A stretch of DNA of 64,000 nt, taken from the NCBI RefSeq assembly GCF_964204645.1, contig NC_134030.1:15252110-15316109 (forward strand). Reading direction: 5' to 3'. The notes below the pieces were generated by a model, which was not told where the DNA came from, searched no databases, and saw only the letters and a program-made list of their open reading frames with translations. Below are positions 1-8,809 of the stretch, piece by piece (positions within the stretch are counted from its first letter, which is position 1; each line of letters starts with the position of its first letter). This stretch comes from Tubulanus polymorphus (Eukaryota > Animalia > Nemertea). Position numbers and translations under genes: made by a program.

Positions 1-379
1 AGTGAAATCTAAATATTGTGTGAATTAATTTTAAATCAGAATACTTCAAATTTTTATCTAAGTTATTTAAATGATCATTCCAACTTATTCCACATCCTGT
101 TGTTGCACAATAAACAGCAAAATCTAATTGGTTCTGCCAATACTTCATATTAGATTTTACTTTATATTTATGATATTCATCTCGAGTAAAAGTAACTTCA
201 TATGTATTAAATATATTTTCCATTTTAGAAATAAAAAACTGTGATTCATTAACATAAATTTCTAAATTAGTTAATGAATTTAAAACTATATTTTTATATG
301 TAATATTTTTCTTAAAATCTATTGCTGGAATATTATATTTAATTGATTTATTATATTGGAAAGCTTTTGGAAACCCCAT
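1..379 (-). CDS. Polinton-like virus hypothetical protein, 3'-truncated by the window edge (not in the ORF track)
   Basis: ATG at 379 preceded by the same TAATTTTTT..TAAATG motif as its neighbours. Reads MGFPKAFQY...YWQNQLDFAVYCATTGCGISWNDHL...IFRFH and is open to position 2. Confidence 0.8.
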   Translation of the reverse strand, partial: MGFPKAFQYNKSIKYNIPAIDFKKNITYKNIVLNSLTNLEIYVNESQFFISKMENIFNTYEVTFTRDEYHKYKVKSNMKYWQNQLDFAVYCATTGCGISWNDHLNNLDKNLKYSDLKLIHTIFRFH

Positions 380-395
380 TTATATAACTAAAAAA

Positions 396-830
396 TTAAT
401 AATTAACTAATTCTTTTAATAATTTATCTTGTTCTTCAACTGTTATATGACCATTTAAACTTATTATATAATCTAGTGTGTTCTTTAATTTATTAATTTC
501 TTTTATATTAGTTTTAATTTTTTCTTTATTACTTTTTATATTTAATTTTGAACTTATACCAGTTAAAACACTTGAACTTAATCCTAACACACCAATTGAT
601 ATAGCTAAAGGTGTTAATGGACTGAATATTGCTAGAAATGTTATTACAGAACTAATTGTAACCGAACCACTTATAATCAAATAATATATAATTTTACTTT
701 TTAGATATTTTTTCTTTTTTATCTTTAAGTCACTTTCAAATTCTAATATTTGTTTTTCTAAATATGTTTTTAATTTAGTTTTATTTATATCATGAGGAAT
801 AATATCAATACTATCAACTTTATCTTCCAT
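396..830 (-). CDS. Viral hypothetical membrane protein (two hydrophobic helices flanked by coiled coils)
   Basis: 144-aa ORF. Hydrophobic stretch IIYYLIISGSVTISSVITFLAIFSPLTPLAISIGVLGLSSSVLTGIS; TAAATG start motif. Confidence 0.8.
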   Translation of the reverse strand: MEDKVDSIDIIPHDINKTKLKTYLEKQILEFESDLKIKKKKYLKSKIIYYLIISGSVTISSVITFLAIFSPLTPLAISIGVLGLSSSVLTGISSKLNIKSNKEKIKTNIKEINKLKNTLDYIISLNGHITVEEQDKLLKELVNY

Positions 831-849
831 TTATTTAGAATAAAAATTA

Positions 850-1272
850 CTAATTAGTAAACTTATAAGCAACAAATATAACAATAACTGTTCCACCTAA
901 AATCCATATTATTTCATATTTCTGTTGTTCTTTACTTGGGGTATAATAATCTGATAATTTAGGTTTGTATAGATGTAATTTTTCTTTATTTGTTACTGCG
1001 TTATATAAACTCATTGCATCATCAACTGATTGAAAATCTCTGTGTGAAATCTTCTGATCATATAATTCTTTATTGATGTAATCCATATAGTTTTGTCTCT
1101 TTTCTCTATATTCTTCTGCATCTTTATTGTATTTCTCTAATGCTAAGTTATGTCTTTTTTGTTCTGTTAATGATCCATTTTTATCAATATGTTTAAATAA
1201 ATAACCACCACCAGTAAATGCTAAAGCGTTAACAATTGCTGATCCTATAATAGTTATAATTGCAGAAGCCAT
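850..1272 (-). CDS. Viral hypothetical protein: N-terminal amphipathic/hydrophobic helix, EQKRHN coiled coil, C-terminal TM (putative virion/membrane-active protein)
   Basis: 140-aa ORF MASAIITIIGSAIVNALAFTGGGYLF...EQKRHNLALE...IIWILGGTVIVIFVAYKF. Resembles small structural proteins of animal polinton-like viruses (from recognition, not a search). Confidence 0.8.
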   Translation of the reverse strand: MASAIITIIGSAIVNALAFTGGGYLFKHIDKNGSLTEQKRHNLALEKYNKDAEEYREKRQNYMDYINKELYDQKISHRDFQSVDDAMSLYNAVTNKEKLHLYKPKLSDYYTPSKEQQKYEIIWILGGTVIVIFVAYKFTN

Positions 1273-1296
1273 TTATTTAACAAAAAAATTATGTAT

Positions 1297-1518
1297 TTAT
1301 ATGGGAGGAATATATTTTTGTTTTTCCAAATAATCAATAGTTAAATTAGATAAAGTAACTGCTAATGTTAACTTTAAAATATCATTTATATCAAATCTAT
1401 CAACATTAACACTTCCCATTTTGAATACTTTTTTTAATACCATTGAATAACCAACAGTTCCAACTGATAGTAAGGCACCATTATATAATCCAGTTATTAT
1501 CCACTTATTATCACTCAT
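1297..1518 (-). CDS. Small viral hydrophobic protein
   Basis: 73-aa ORF with two hydrophobic/amphipathic segments; TAAATG start motif; tightly packed between neighbours. Confidence 0.78.
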   Translation of the reverse strand: MSDNKWIITGLYNGALLSVGTVGYSMVLKKVFKMGSVNVDRFDINDILKLTLAVTLSNLTIDYLEKQKYIPPI

Positions 1519-1521
1519 TTA

Positions 1522-1878
1522 TTAATCAAAAAAATTACTATCTTCAAAATATTTAGTTAACTTATTTATGATCAATTCAACATTTATTTTATTACTACTT
1601 TTATGATTATCATATATTTTGGTTAATATGTTTTTGATATCTTCAATGATAAAATCTTCATCTAATTCATAAAATCTTAAAGATTCTCTAATTAAATTAG
1701 TAATCTTTTCTACATTTAAAGTTTCTTTATCTATCGTTGTTTCATACTCAAATGTTGTTTCATTAGAAAATGTAATATTTTTGATATGTGTTATTACATC
1801 ATTAATGTTAAATTTCATTTCTTTCTCACGTTTAAAATCAAATCCAAAACATATACTCGGTCCAACAGTTATATTCAT
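1522..1878 (-). CDS. Viral hypothetical protein
   Basis: 118-aa ORF, TAAATG start motif, tightly packed. Confidence 0.72.
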   Translation of the reverse strand: MNITVGPSICFGFDFKREKEMKFNINDVITHIKNITFSNETTFEYETTIDKETLNVEKITNLIRESLRFYELDEDFIIEDIKNILTKIYDNHKSSNKINVELIINKLTKYFEDSNFFD

Positions 1879-1894
1879 TTATATATCAAAAAAA

Positions 1895-2650
1895 TTACTC
1901 TTTACATCTTATAACTAATTCATAAATTACAGGAAAGTTATTTAAATCAATTAAGTATCCATTATGATTTCTTATTTCTAATTTAAAATTATTAAATTTA
2001 GGAATGCATGGTTTAAAATCACATTCTGTTAAATTATAATTTATTTGAGTTCCAAATTGTTTAACATTTTTTAGCGGTAAAATATTTAGTATACTAGAAC
2101 TACAAATTGTTTCTTTAGTTGCTTCGAAAGTTTTTGTAGGCTCGATTAAATTGCAATAAATATAAAAGTGTGTAAAAGGTATTATATTTGAGCTACCTTC
2201 TGCGTTTCCAGTAACTGTAAGTGGTTTAATTCCTAACATTTTAGCCAGTGGTTTGTTTACCATAAATTTATGTTGTTCATTAGATATCTTTATTCTAATT
2301 TTATTAGTACTATCAATTTTATTAAATTTAATTTCAAATACAGAAGTGCCCCCGATTTTCAACCGAGCTCTTCTATTAATTTCCTGCGCTAATGATTCTA
2401 AATTATATAATCCTGGTTTTAAAAATATATGAAACCATTTATCTTTATTTCTCATATAAATCATAAACCCTCTATGTTCAAAAGTTTTATCCGATACATT
2501 GTAAAAAGAATTACATAAACTTATATTAACTAATTTTAAATCTACACAATTCTTAAATTCTCTATCTAATTGTACTAATAAATTATGTGATTTATAATTT
2601 GTAAGTCTTCTAGAATCAACAAATATTCTGTATTCTTTTAATTCTACCAT
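1895..2650 (-). CDS. Minor capsid protein (penton, single jelly-roll) of a polinton-like virus
   Basis: 251 aa with penton-typical pattern IFVDSR...NSFYNV...PGLYN...LAKMLG...YIYCNLI...LEIRNHNGYLIDLNNFPVIYELVI. Confidence 0.8.
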   Translation of the reverse strand: MVELKEYRIFVDSRRLTNYKSHNLLVQLDREFKNCVDLKLVNISLCNSFYNVSDKTFEHRGFMIYMRNKDKWFHIFLKPGLYNLESLAQEINRRARLKIGGTSVFEIKFNKIDSTNKIRIKISNEQHKFMVNKPLAKMLGIKPLTVTGNAEGSSNIIPFTHFYIYCNLIEPTKTFEATKETICSSSILNILPLKNVKQFGTQINYNLTECDFKPCIPKFNNFKLEIRNHNGYLIDLNNFPVIYELVIRCKE

Positions 2651-2667
2651 TTATTTTACATATTTTC

Positions 2668-3009
2668 TTATTCGAAATCTATTTCATGGTGCCCTTTTTC
2701 ATTCTTACCTTTGTATACGAAATAGAAATCACCAGAACATAATTCTTCTAAATCTTCACTTGATAATCTATGAAATCTATCTGGTAAATAAGTTCTGAAT
2801 TTATATGTATTTCCTTTTAATCCTTCATATTCTAAGTGTATAACTAATTTATCTCCATATTTATTAGTAATTGTTTCAATGTTAGTAATTGAATATTTCT
2901 TGTGAATTGTTAACTCAGTTAGTTTTTTAAATTTATAATCTACAGATTTTACATTTGTGGTATCTTTAATTCTATCTAAGAATTCATTGTGTACTTGTTT
3001 ACTCTCCAT
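2668..3009 (-). CDS. Small beta-rich viral protein next to the polymerase, possibly an OB-fold ssDNA-binding protein
   Basis: 113 aa, FKKLTEL..KKYSI...TNKYGDKLVIHL...TYLPDRF. The SSB function is an inference from the pattern and position. Confidence 0.6.
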   Translation of the reverse strand: MESKQVHNEFLDRIKDTTNVKSVDYKFKKLTELTIHKKYSITNIETITNKYGDKLVIHLEYEGLKGNTYKFRTYLPDRFHRLSSEDLEELCSGDFYFVYKGKNEKGHHEIDFE

Positions 3010-3037
3010 TTATTATACAAATTTTTATTGAAATTGA

Positions 3038-6000
3038 TTAACACGCTAGAATCCTTTTCATAATCTCATTTTCTTTTGTTTCTTCTCTTTTGAATTTTAT
3101 ATATTCATCTAAATTGCAACCATAGGCGACTGTGTGGATTCCATCATCTAAAATATATCTTTTATCATCAAATGGGTTTAGACTTATCTTCTCTATCTCT
3201 TCAATATACATTTCATGATCTTCAGATCTTAAACATTTCATTTTATGTTTTCTAACTTCTTCATTAAATATACAATTGATGTAATCTTTGAAATGAATAT
3301 TCTTTTCAACAACGCTTTTGGTAATTCCTTTTAACTTTTTAGCTTCATGTTCTTTAGTTTTATATGAATACATTTTAGATGTAATACCAATGAACTCTAT
3401 CATTTCTTCACCACCTAATTCATCCTTAAACTTCCCTGGAACTTTTTTATTATCATTGCTAAACAATTCATGATTTTTTGGATAATTACTAAAATCAAAA
3501 TGATGTTTTAATGTTTTTAAATCATCTGTTATGTTATCAGTTTTTATCTTTAATATGTAAGAATCTGTATCAAAATATAAGATTTCTATATGTTTTTCTC
3601 CAAAATGGGGTTGTAATATGTTATGATAAAATTGATACATTAATAACTTTGAAATTTCTAGAACTGATGCACCAACATAAATAGGTTTATTGAACTTCAT
3701 TGAAGTTCTTCTCATCTTAACTGCTGCTAAATTTTCATCAAATATTCTGTTACCTATAAACTTAGGATATGATTGTAAATGCCTAATTCTTTTACCATTA
3801 CTGACTAACTCGATATCATTTCTATTTCTAATATTTTCACAAGTCTTACCATAGAATGCATTATTCATTAGTTTGAAGAAATCTTTTTCAAAATCAGTTT
3901 TAGATTTAGTTCTCTGTGTAGTATTAAAATCTATATATTTTTCTAACCATTTAGATTGACTAAATGAAATATATCTATATACTTTTTTTAGGATGATTCC
4001 TTGATTCAAATAAAACTTCAACATTCTATAATGCACAACGTAATTATATTTATCTTCTTGAGTTACCATTAACTTTTCAGTATGAATATGATTATCGGGT
4101 TTAATTCTTTTTTGATAATTTGATAATTCTTCATGTTTAACAGTTTTATGTTCGGGACAATATGCTAGATTTCTAGATTTGAATTTAATGTTTTCGGGGT
4201 ATTTTAAATCTACAACAAAGAAGTAACCAGTATCTGAATCATCTGCAATATCTAGAATTCTTTTCTTCCAATCAAATTTATCAATTTGTAAAACTTCAGT
4301 TATTTCAAACATCCCATAAGGTTGTGGTTCCATCATTGCCCAACCATAAAGATTATTTGCATCTATGTATAATAATTTATATCCAAGATTATCATTTACA
4401 TTGAAATATCTATCACCCAATACACCTGAAACACCTCCTCTTATAGATTTTTCAAATAATAGTAATTGATCTATATTTGTTAACAAATCCATTTTTATAT
4501 CTGTAAATTTTAATCCACAATCCCATGTTAATCCTGGTGATGAATAACAATGACAAGGATCAATATTAAAATATTTTAGGTTTACATCTCTAAACCTTTC
4601 GAATATATCGGTTAATAATAATACATCTGATTTTAAATATAAATCTACTAATTGACCATGATTTTCTATTTTGAAATGATTCCAAATATTCAATGTTCTA
4701 TTATAAACTTCATCTTTAACATATTCATTTTTTAATTCATCATAAAATTGTTCTTTTAATAATTCAGTTATGTTAAAATCATTATGATTTTTATAGAAAG
4801 AATATGGAATCGCTCCTTTATATCTCATTAATTGAAAATCATCATAATTTGGGTAATATTCTTTTAATATCTTTAATTCATCATCAACTAATGATTTTGA
4901 TAAGTTATCTAATGAACTATTTAAAAATCTATATGAATCTATAAATCTTAGGCAACCAAATTGGAATGATATATAATTCTCAGATGTTTTAGCTAACATT
5001 CTAAATTTATAAGTTGGTATTTTATCTTTTGATCTATTTGAATTTAATATTTCTATTTCATTATTGATTTCTTCTATTTTATAACATAACTGTTTGATAA
5101 ATAAATGTGCATCATATCCTGATAGATTATGAAATATAACTGGTACAAAGTTAATTTTCTTAGCTTGTAAGTTACAATTCTCATGTGCAGCGCCTCTAAA
5201 CTTTCCGTTCAAATGATCATGGTCTCTTACTTTTTTATCATTATAATTAAATATCTTTTCACAATAATAACATTTATCTGCAAACGCAAATTCTTCTTTA
5301 TCTTCTTCTGTCATAATTATTTCTATATTTGTATTCAATAATTTACTAAATCTTATTTCATATTCAATTAATAAGTCACAAAAATGATTGATAACATTTT
5401 CATTTCTATAATTATAATATTCACTTTCAATTAGTTCTGGATAATTAGATTTAATATATAACCCGAAAGCTGCAGCTGATTGATGAATCTTTTTAATTGT
5501 TTTTGTTTTTGGTGGGTCTTCTGAATAATCACTTTCATTAGAATTTAATTTCTTTCTTTTATAATATATATCTTTTCTATCTTTATCTGTTAATTCTTTA
5601 TTTAATGATTCAAAATCTCCATATATTACAAATGGTACTTTATTTTTGTAATCATATTTTTTGAATTCTAATATTTTATCCTTTTCATTTGGTAAAACTA
5701 ATTTACAATAATCATGATTATCACATAGTTGTTTATGATTTAATAATGTACTTTCATTACTAAATCTATGTAAACATTTTCTACATAGATATATTTTATT
5801 ATGGTGATCACTTTCTGTTCTAAAAAATAAATCTATTTGTTTAATCCACATATAATGATTCTCATAATATAGTATATCTATAACATCGTTTGAATCATAA
5901 TCTTTTGATAGGTATAAAGGTTCTAATGTATAATGTTTAATATTATTTCCTTTTGTATTTGGTAATTTAATTAAATCAAATACATTTATTTTAAGATTAT

Positions 6001-7069
6001 TATCTCTTTCTATTTTGGGGATGTTTTTAATTCTAACAGGATACTTATCTATCTTATAATTATTTTCAAATGGTTTATAATGAGTTAATCTAAAACTATG
6101 TGTAATATCTTCTGTTGGATGTAAACAACTTATTATAGCCCATAGAAAACATTTATCATCTTCATTTTGTATATTTATTACAGCATTAGTTTTAAATGGT
6201 AGTTTAATATAACTTGTTCCATTTATACTATCATCTTTATAATATGATAAATTATTTTCATCAATTGGTTTTGATTTAGTTAACTTATTATATTTTGTGT
6301 TATAAACATGTAAAGTTATAAATATTATCTCATCAAATATTAAACCAGATCCTTCAAAATATTTTTCTTCTATTTTAGTTTTTATTTCATTATAACATTT
6401 TTCTAATTTATCATCTATATGTTGTTTAGATATAATATGTTGTGAATGAGAATTTATATTATATATTGGTTTATCTTCAGATTTTATAAACTTTACTTTA
6501 ACTGATATACTAATTTTAGGATATTCAACATCTGTAATTATTTTTATTATTTCTTTCATATTTTCTAAATGTTTTTTATTTTCTTCTAATGTTTTACCTT
6601 TATGAAATTTAAACTCGATAGCTGCTGGACCAATATCACTTTTAAATGCTTCGGTTATCTCTATATCTTTTTTATTATCTAATGAATTAATATAATTTCT
6701 TACATCTTCCATGTATGGTCTTTTATTGTTTAATTTATTTTTTATTCTTTTAATTGTCTTCTGTTTCTTATCGTTATCATTATCAAAATAATCTTCACCT
6801 ATAATATCATTATTCTTATTTCTAATATGACTTATAGATTTTAAATGTTCTTTATAATATCTTTTATCACTGAATGATTGATTACATGTATCACATTTAT
6901 ATGTTTCTTTTTCATTCTTTAATTCTTCTAATTTAGTTTCTAATATATCATCTTCATACTCTAGTTTCAATTTATTCTCTAAATGTGTTATAGTTTTATT
7001 GTGTCTTGCTTTTTGGGATTTATCTATATCGATATTACATGTTGGGCAGTAGTATTTATTTGCTTCCAT
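3038..7069 (-). CDS. polB: Protein-primed family B DNA polymerase (pPolB) with N-terminal zinc fingers, OTU-like Cys/His domain and endonuclease VII-like insertion
   Basis: 1343 aa, uninterrupted. ExoI YGDFES, ExoII FHNLSGYD, ExoIII YLKSDV, PolA YIDANNLYGWAM, PolB KLMNNAFYGK, PolC YFDTDS. Also CYYC...DHDHLNGKFRGAAHENCN (Endo VII-like) and DKCFLWA...NHYMWI (vOTU-like). Confidence 0.97.
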   Translation of the reverse strand: MEANKYYCPTCNIDIDKSQKARHNKTITHLENKLKLEYEDDILETKLEELKNEKETYKCDTCNQSFSDKRYYKEHLKSISHIRNKNNDIIGEDYFDNDNDKKQKTIKRIKNKLNNKRPYMEDVRNYINSLDNKKDIEITEAFKSDIGPAAIEFKFHKGKTLEENKKHLENMKEIIKIITDVEYPKISISVKVKFIKSEDKPIYNINSHSQHIISKQHIDDKLEKCYNEIKTKIEEKYFEGSGLIFDEIIFITLHVYNTKYNKLTKSKPIDENNLSYYKDDSINGTSYIKLPFKTNAVINIQNEDDKCFLWAIISCLHPTEDITHSFRLTHYKPFENNYKIDKYPVRIKNIPKIERDNNLKINVFDLIKLPNTKGNNIKHYTLEPLYLSKDYDSNDVIDILYYENHYMWIKQIDLFFRTESDHHNKIYLCRKCLHRFSNESTLLNHKQLCDNHDYCKLVLPNEKDKILEFKKYDYKNKVPFVIYGDFESLNKELTDKDRKDIYYKRKKLNSNESDYSEDPPKTKTIKKIHQSAAAFGLYIKSNYPELIESEYYNYRNENVINHFCDLLIEYEIRFSKLLNTNIEIIMTEEDKEEFAFADKCYYCEKIFNYNDKKVRDHDHLNGKFRGAAHENCNLQAKKINFVPVIFHNLSGYDAHLFIKQLCYKIEEINNEIEILNSNRSKDKIPTYKFRMLAKTSENYISFQFGCLRFIDSYRFLNSSLDNLSKSLVDDELKILKEYYPNYDDFQLMRYKGAIPYSFYKNHNDFNITELLKEQFYDELKNEYVKDEVYNRTLNIWNHFKIENHGQLVDLYLKSDVLLLTDIFERFRDVNLKYFNIDPCHCYSSPGLTWDCGLKFTDIKMDLLTNIDQLLLFEKSIRGGVSGVLGDRYFNVNDNLGYKLLYIDANNLYGWAMMEPQPYGMFEITEVLQIDKFDWKKRILDIADDSDTGYFFVVDLKYPENIKFKSRNLAYCPEHKTVKHEELSNYQKRIKPDNHIHTEKLMVTQEDKYNYVVHYRMLKFYLNQGIILKKVYRYISFSQSKWLEKYIDFNTTQRTKSKTDFEKDFFKLMNNAFYGKTCENIRNRNDIELVSNGKRIRHLQSYPKFIGNRIFDENLAAVKMRRTSMKFNKPIYVGASVLEISKLLMYQFYHNILQPHFGEKHIEILYFDTDSYILKIKTDNITDDLKTLKHHFDFSNYPKNHELFSNDNKKVPGKFKDELGGEEMIEFIGITSKMYSYKTKEHEAKKLKGITKSVVEKNIHFKDYINCIFNEEVRKHKMKCLRSEDHEMYIEEIEKISLNPFDDKRYILDDGIHTVAYGCNLDEYIKFKREETKENEIMKRILAC

Positions 7070-7149
7070 TTTAATACTATATTTTTTATTAAAATTGATT
7101 TTAGAAGTTCAATGATTTAAATGTTATTCATTTATGTGAATATTTTAAG

Positions 7150-7337
7150 AGTAATAGGGATAATAGGCTTTCGTATCAAAGGTTGAAGGGGCGAGTGAGT
7201 AAAAAAATGAAAATAATAATAATTTACAGTTGAATTAGGAGTGTGCGCGACTAATTCAACTGTAAATTATTATTTTCATTTTTTTTACGAGCTCGACCCT
7301 TCGACCTTTGGTATGAAAGCCTATTATCCCTATTACT
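7150..7337. repeat. 188-bp near-perfect palindrome/hairpin at the virus-host junction
   Basis: AGTAATAGGGATAATAGGCTTTC...GTTGAATTAG, 12-nt loop (7239-7250), then CTAATTCAAC...GAAAGCCTATTATCCCTATTACT. Confidence 0.92.
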
Positions 7338-7620
7338 TGTAATGTACAGTTTGCTTAGGAAGTTTGTCTGTATAAAACTTAGAATTGAAGCCAACCCACA
7401 TAGAAATATTTTCAAGGTTGATAGTGTGACATCCTAACCAGACGATATCTACTAAGTCCCCTTTAGTGTCAATAGAAGATGACTGTATGAGATCAGTTTT
7501 TGGATATGTGAATACGGACATTCTTGGTTTCTTTCTGTATGGCTCCAAAATGTTCTCATCAAATTCTAATTTTCTCTTCTTCATTGGTTTTTCGCTGGTT
7601 TTATTACTGACAAGCAACAT
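7338..7620 (-). pseudogene. Fragment of a large invertebrate DNA-transposon-like ORF, cut off by the hairpin
   Basis: MWVGFNS...PKQTVHY resembles a motif of widespread uncharacterised invertebrate transposase-like ORFs; the frame ends at the hairpin. Confidence 0.35.
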
Positions 7621-8809
7621 ATTCCATTTCAGGATGCTTTGAGCTAAATTGGAAGACCTAATTTGGGCATGGACTCTAAAGTCTAATTATACTTATTAAT
7701 TAGCAAAACTGATCAGCTTCTTAATTAGGCCTAGCCTTATTCCAAATTTACATTTCTTAAGTGATTATTTCATAATAACAGCATTAAAATCTTTAATTTA
7801 CAATTAAAATTATGCATGGACTCAACAGTCTAGACTGAACCTGTTTTTGAGGGACTTTTAGCCTAGCCCCCCCTGTTTTATGCACCACCTGTATAACTTA
7901 AGAACCATAGTTTTGAGATCAGCAATGCACCCCCTAGCATTCCCACACTCCAAACATTTTGGACTCAACAGTTTGATTAACTTTCATCCAGCTCCCAGAC
8001 TAATTGTATATGTGCGCGCTTTTATGTTACCAGCTTTAATACACTACGAGAATGCATGGCAGCTTATTGGAACACTGTCAGTTTCCTGGAAAACATAAAT
8101 TAGGCCACATGTCAAGGCATGTTTTCACACGATGCACACTTGAATTCAAACATACGTAGCTCATACGTCGGCAGTGGGTCGGTCAGCCGTTTTTATCAAA
8201 AATAAAATTCATTTCATTGAATCCCAGAAACAAAGTTATCACTCGGTACCTTTGAAAATCGGGTCAGTCGGGTTACGGCAAACAGACCATTAATATGGGA
8301 TGGCCTAAAATTCATATGATGTCACATATCAGAGGGTGGCTGAATATTGGGTCTTGGAAACCTCTTCCAATGTTGGCCGCGGAAGTTAAAATACCGGTAC
8401 AGAAGAAATCGGCTATTAGATCGTTTTAAATCCTGGAATTTACGACTACAATATTCAGACCTCGACCTATACTTGTAGTTTGCTAATTAATATTTTCAGG
8501 TGACAGTTACAATTTATTACAAATTCTATCAAACAGAAAACACAGCGCTCATCTTCTGCTACGATTATTCAGCCTATTTTCATGTCAAACGTGCACGCGT
8601 TACAGCATCACCTTTAGTAGTGTACTGTACGAGCTGTAGCACTCCGCGCGCACGTGGAGGCCTCGTGTAAGTAAATGTTCGCTTACATTTCAATCTCAAT
8701 CAATACAATCACCGTGTATTAAAATGAAACAATACCTATGGCGGATGTGAAATAATTACATCCTCACCAGCAATGAGCATTTGAAATTCACACGTATACG
8801 GCACCTAGT

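Larger units (their letters stand above)
377..1897 (-). promoter_or_regulatory. Five copies of a 22-bp fixed-spacing start motif TAATTTTT-N8-TAAATG (377-398, 828-849, 1270-1291, 1516-1537, 1876-1897); poxvirus late-promoter-like
   Basis: Read directly: TAATTTTTTAGTTATATAAATG, TAATTTTTATTCTAAATAAATG, TAATTTTTTTGTTAAATAAATG, TAATTTTTTTGATTAATAAATG, TAATTTTTTTGATATATAAATG. Confidence 0.75.
2648..7147 (-). promoter_or_regulatory. Second start-motif class AAAATWT(A)GTA..TAAA(A)TG (2648-2669, 3007-3028, 7067-7090; weaker copy 7129-7147); poxvirus intermediate-promoter-like
   Basis: Read directly: AAGAAAATATGTAAAATAAATG, ATAAAAATTTGTATAATAAATG, AATAAAAAATATAGTATTAAAATG, TAAAATATTCACATAAATG. Confidence 0.6.
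1..7149 (-). mobile_element. Integrated Polinton/Maverick-like (polinton-like virus / adintovirus-like) element, right-hand portion; continues beyond the left window edge
   Basis: Sharply more AT-rich than the flank. Eight intact, intronless, co-oriented ORFs are separated by only 3-28 nt and include a protein-primed PolB and a penton-like protein. Confidence 0.93.

Noticed and set aside
478-684. 68-aa + strand ORF
   Set aside because: Antisense shadow of the viral 396-830 gene; lacks the start motif.
3038-7069. Poxvirus early terminator (TTTTTNT) avoidance in the polymerase gene
   Set aside because: At least one TTTTTGT occurs on the coding strand (5378-5384), and codon bias could explain scarcity; not supportable by eye.
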